Source: Tubulanus polymorphus (Eukaryota; Animalia; Nemertea). Taken from it: a stretch of DNA of 64,000 nucleotides. Made by a program: the position numbers and the translations under genes. Each line of letters starts with the position of its first letter. The first letter of the stretch is position 1. Where the stretch lies: assembly GCF_964204645.1 (NCBI RefSeq), contig NC_134032.1, forward strand, positions 12,140,275 to 12,204,274, given 5' to 3'. Under the pieces are notes generated by a model, which did no database searches, had not been told where the DNA came from, and worked only from the letters and a program-made list of their open reading frames with translations. This document shows, piece after piece, positions 60,924 to 64,000 of the stretch.

Positions 60924-63900
60924 TATATTCACTGCTCTTGTGGGTTCGAATCCCGCGTTCTGCACGTATTCAATTATATTTAGATTTTTCTTCTCTTGTC
61001 CAACGTTTCTCTCTTTTATTTGTAACAGTGATGGAAATGCCGTAATTTGATCACTTTATTGTCGTGTATCTGATATTTTTATGTTTCGACAAGGATCAAT
61101 AAGTATGAATTGAATTTAATTTAATTGAATGCAGGCACTGGCAGTCGAGAATCATTTCGTTCAACGAGTTCGAATCCCGGATTTCTAAGAGCCCAAATCC
61201 TCTCTCCTTGAATTCGAATCCTACTGATATACATGTCATGATTGCTATGGAATAATGGAAAAGTTTCATTCGTAGTCAAGGAGGTCCTAAAATCTTATTC
61301 CATCTCTGGCAGTTGACCACAGTGCACGACTCCAGTTTCAAATCTTCTCACATGTCTCTTTCGTTTTGGAGAAAATGTTTCCAAATTTTTAAAAAGTGTC
61401 CGTGTGTAGAATTTGCTGTGATAATGAAGAGAGGAGATACTCAATATTTGAGCCAGTCAAGAGAGTGCTGTGTTCTGGCTTTTTTGTTGCATTAACCACA
61501 CGTGCCCTAGAACACTAACACTACTACTAAGAAGCTCTACAAAAAGGTAGACATGGATCGGATGGTCAGCCCCGTTTTCGGCGTTCTTCAAGCATGCGCT
61601 TCAATTTTAGAGTGGCGGATTAGGGTACCTCGCGTGAAGCACTCAAAATTTCTGAAATGCCCTTCTTGGAAAGACAGAAAAATTCGAAATAGGAACTTGA
61701 AAACTGTTCAAATGTGTTACCAATATCAGGCAAAATTTCTTTGAGGGTTTGCCTCCTTGAGATCTTGCCCTTGGGACCCTGAATGCTGTTTCTGAGTAGG
61801 CCTATATTCTGTATGAGTATGACCTTTTTTCTTTGGTGAGGCAGTAAAATGGACCCTGGATCCGCCCCTGAAGCCCTATTGGATCCTGTCCCTAGCCTGC
61901 CCAAATGGCATAGGGCCTATGGGCCAAAGCAGATTTAGTCCTTTAACTTTATACATTTATATAGCTAAAGCCTTATTGGGCAGATTGGCCTGACTTTAAT
62001 GTAGCCTGAAGGCCTATGCTTTTCAAATTTATCTTTATTAGGGCTATAATGATTTTACAGTTCTGTGGGTTTCAGTCACCATAAGTTCATATGCTGTGAA
62101 CTTAGGACAATAATTGTTATTCCTCATTTTGTAAAGGACTGTGTATTTATAACAGTGTTTGTTTGGTCAGTCAACCGGTGTTTTAGTAAGGTACCGTTAT
62201 TTTTCTGTTGGAATTTGAATCCAAATTCACGTGGAGTGACCATTGTTGAGATTCGGACGTGATTTTGAGGTAAAAATTATCCACTAATTAAAATCAAATC
62301 ATTGAAAAAAATTTACTTGTGGAATACCACTTTTAGATCAAAAACATCATAGGCCTATAGCCTAGGCCTAGCCTAAATGTTTTTGAAATATTTTCAAAAG
62401 AAGGAAATTGTTAAAATTTTTATGAGCCTATTTGATTTATTCTTTGTTAAGAGAATTTTCTAAAAATGAATATCTCAAAATGTTGGTACAATTGATTTAT
62501 CAAAACACCAGTCGACAAGACCAAGCATACAATATATAAATACCACTACTCAATTTGCAGTCTCACCAACGTGTGAGATTGAATAGGTTTCAATGTCAAA
62601 AATTAGCCACTAATCTGAATCCTGTAGAACAGGGTTCTGAGTTCGCCTTCAGATCTCGATATTTCAAATTAAGGATCGTCCAGACTTCAAAAATATCCAG
62701 GACTGCCTTTGGACATCAACTAAAATCACCCTTCATTTTATCAATCCACTTTCATCGAGGAATCATCCAGACTGCAGACTATATCGCGAATGAGTGATTC
62801 CAGTTAGCAGACTGATTTCTGCATGACCTATGAAACTGGTATTGTTTTAACTGACCACTCAAGTATTCAGTTCCACGGCTCTGCGAGTAAGAGTTGCCTC
62901 TTAGTTGAAATTCGTTTATTTTCAATTAGTTAACTCTGAGTCAAATCGCAAGTCAACTGTAGACTTGCCACTCAAGTATTGTTTTAATTGACCACTGTAG
63001 CATTGTTTTAACTGACCGCTGTATTATCATTTTAACTGACCACTTCAGTATTAATTTAACCGAACACCGCTGCTGCAATATTTTAAGACCATTAACTGAT
63101 CATCGCTTAGAACTGACCACTGCGGCAGCGTAATTGTTGTTACTGGTCACAGGTTGGTGTTAATTGTTCTGCGTATAATGAATATTGTATGCATATATTG
63201 TAGGTTGATACGACCACTGTCGATATGAAAGCTTCATCTCTCCGACTCCAACAACTCTCACAGCTCCGATGGCACTAGACAAACGGAGTAACATGGAACA
63301 GCGACAAAATTACAGTAACAAAGTTACGTCTTTTAAAAGGTGAGCTCGGGAATCAAACTGTAGACTCTGTCGTACTCGGGGTAGGGTTCGGTTGGGACCG
63401 TAGATATTTGGTTGAGAATCCAAGAAATGTCTTCGCAAAATCAATCTTCGAGGATCATGCAACGGTGAATGCCTCACCGAATTGAAGATAAGGGAACTTG
63501 AAAATTTTGCTAAAGAAAATCCAAGTAAAATCATGTTGAAATCCAACTGTTTTCAGTAAGTATCAATACTGAGTAAGGTAGAATTTGATGTATTATATTA
63601 GGCCCCTAATGTTATTTCTATAGGTTTTTTTTTCAAATCTGGGGTTGTATTGCACGTGACTTCACTCCAAAAATGGTCTTAAATCCGACGAATGGCCCTA
63701 AGACTTTTGATTGCATTTTTAAACCAAAATGAGCTTACAATTGTATTAATTTATTTGAGTAATATTATAAAACCAAATAATTCGGATGAATACGACTGGT
63801 CAATTCATTAACAATAATGGGCTTAAATCTAAGTCTTCAGTGTTCAACTTGTCGCTCTTGGCTTTTTCTTTGAAAAAAAAACCTGCTGAAGTTAAGCTTG

Positions 63901-64000
63901 AATTCTTGCCCAATTGAATTTGCCGGAGTTGTATAATTCTCGGCTATTTTAAGGCCAAGGTTGGTTTTATATAATAAAAGGCAAACGGTGCTAATCAGCT

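Noticed and set aside
63205-63556. Exon-like segment bounded by ttgtag and gtaagt
   Set aside because: No frame stays open across it and no product is recognisable; it may be UTR or a decayed sequence.

Overview
Eukaryotic, intron-containing, AT-rich genomic DNA from an animal, probably an invertebrate (inferred from gene content and repeats; the species cannot be determined here). The six-frame ORF track is mostly uninformative because the genes are spliced. Bases ~1-32,300 hold a tandem array of eight intact four-exon paralogues (A-H, all + strand), plus relic fragments and one inverted pseudogene. Each encodes a ~190-aa putatively secreted protein with two 6-Cys modules resembling the PCSK9 C-terminal/resistin-like module. 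Every copy ends in a conserved phase-1 splice donor with no recognisable downstream exon, and phase 1 matches the exon-2 acceptor of the next copy. The rest of the window holds NUP42 (minus) with a 7-exon DCXR-like SDR gene nested antisense in its intron 2 between 28-bp direct repeats, and a decayed 5'-truncated LINE between NUP42 and GTSF1. Then come GTSF1, a GT11 alpha-1,2-fucosyltransferase, an IFIT/TTC22-like TPR protein with a C-terminal TIR-like domain, GTF2H3 and a peflin-like gene. MITEs, SINE/LINE remnants and minisatellites are scattered throughout. All exon coordinates were read by eye from GT-AG sites and frame continuity.
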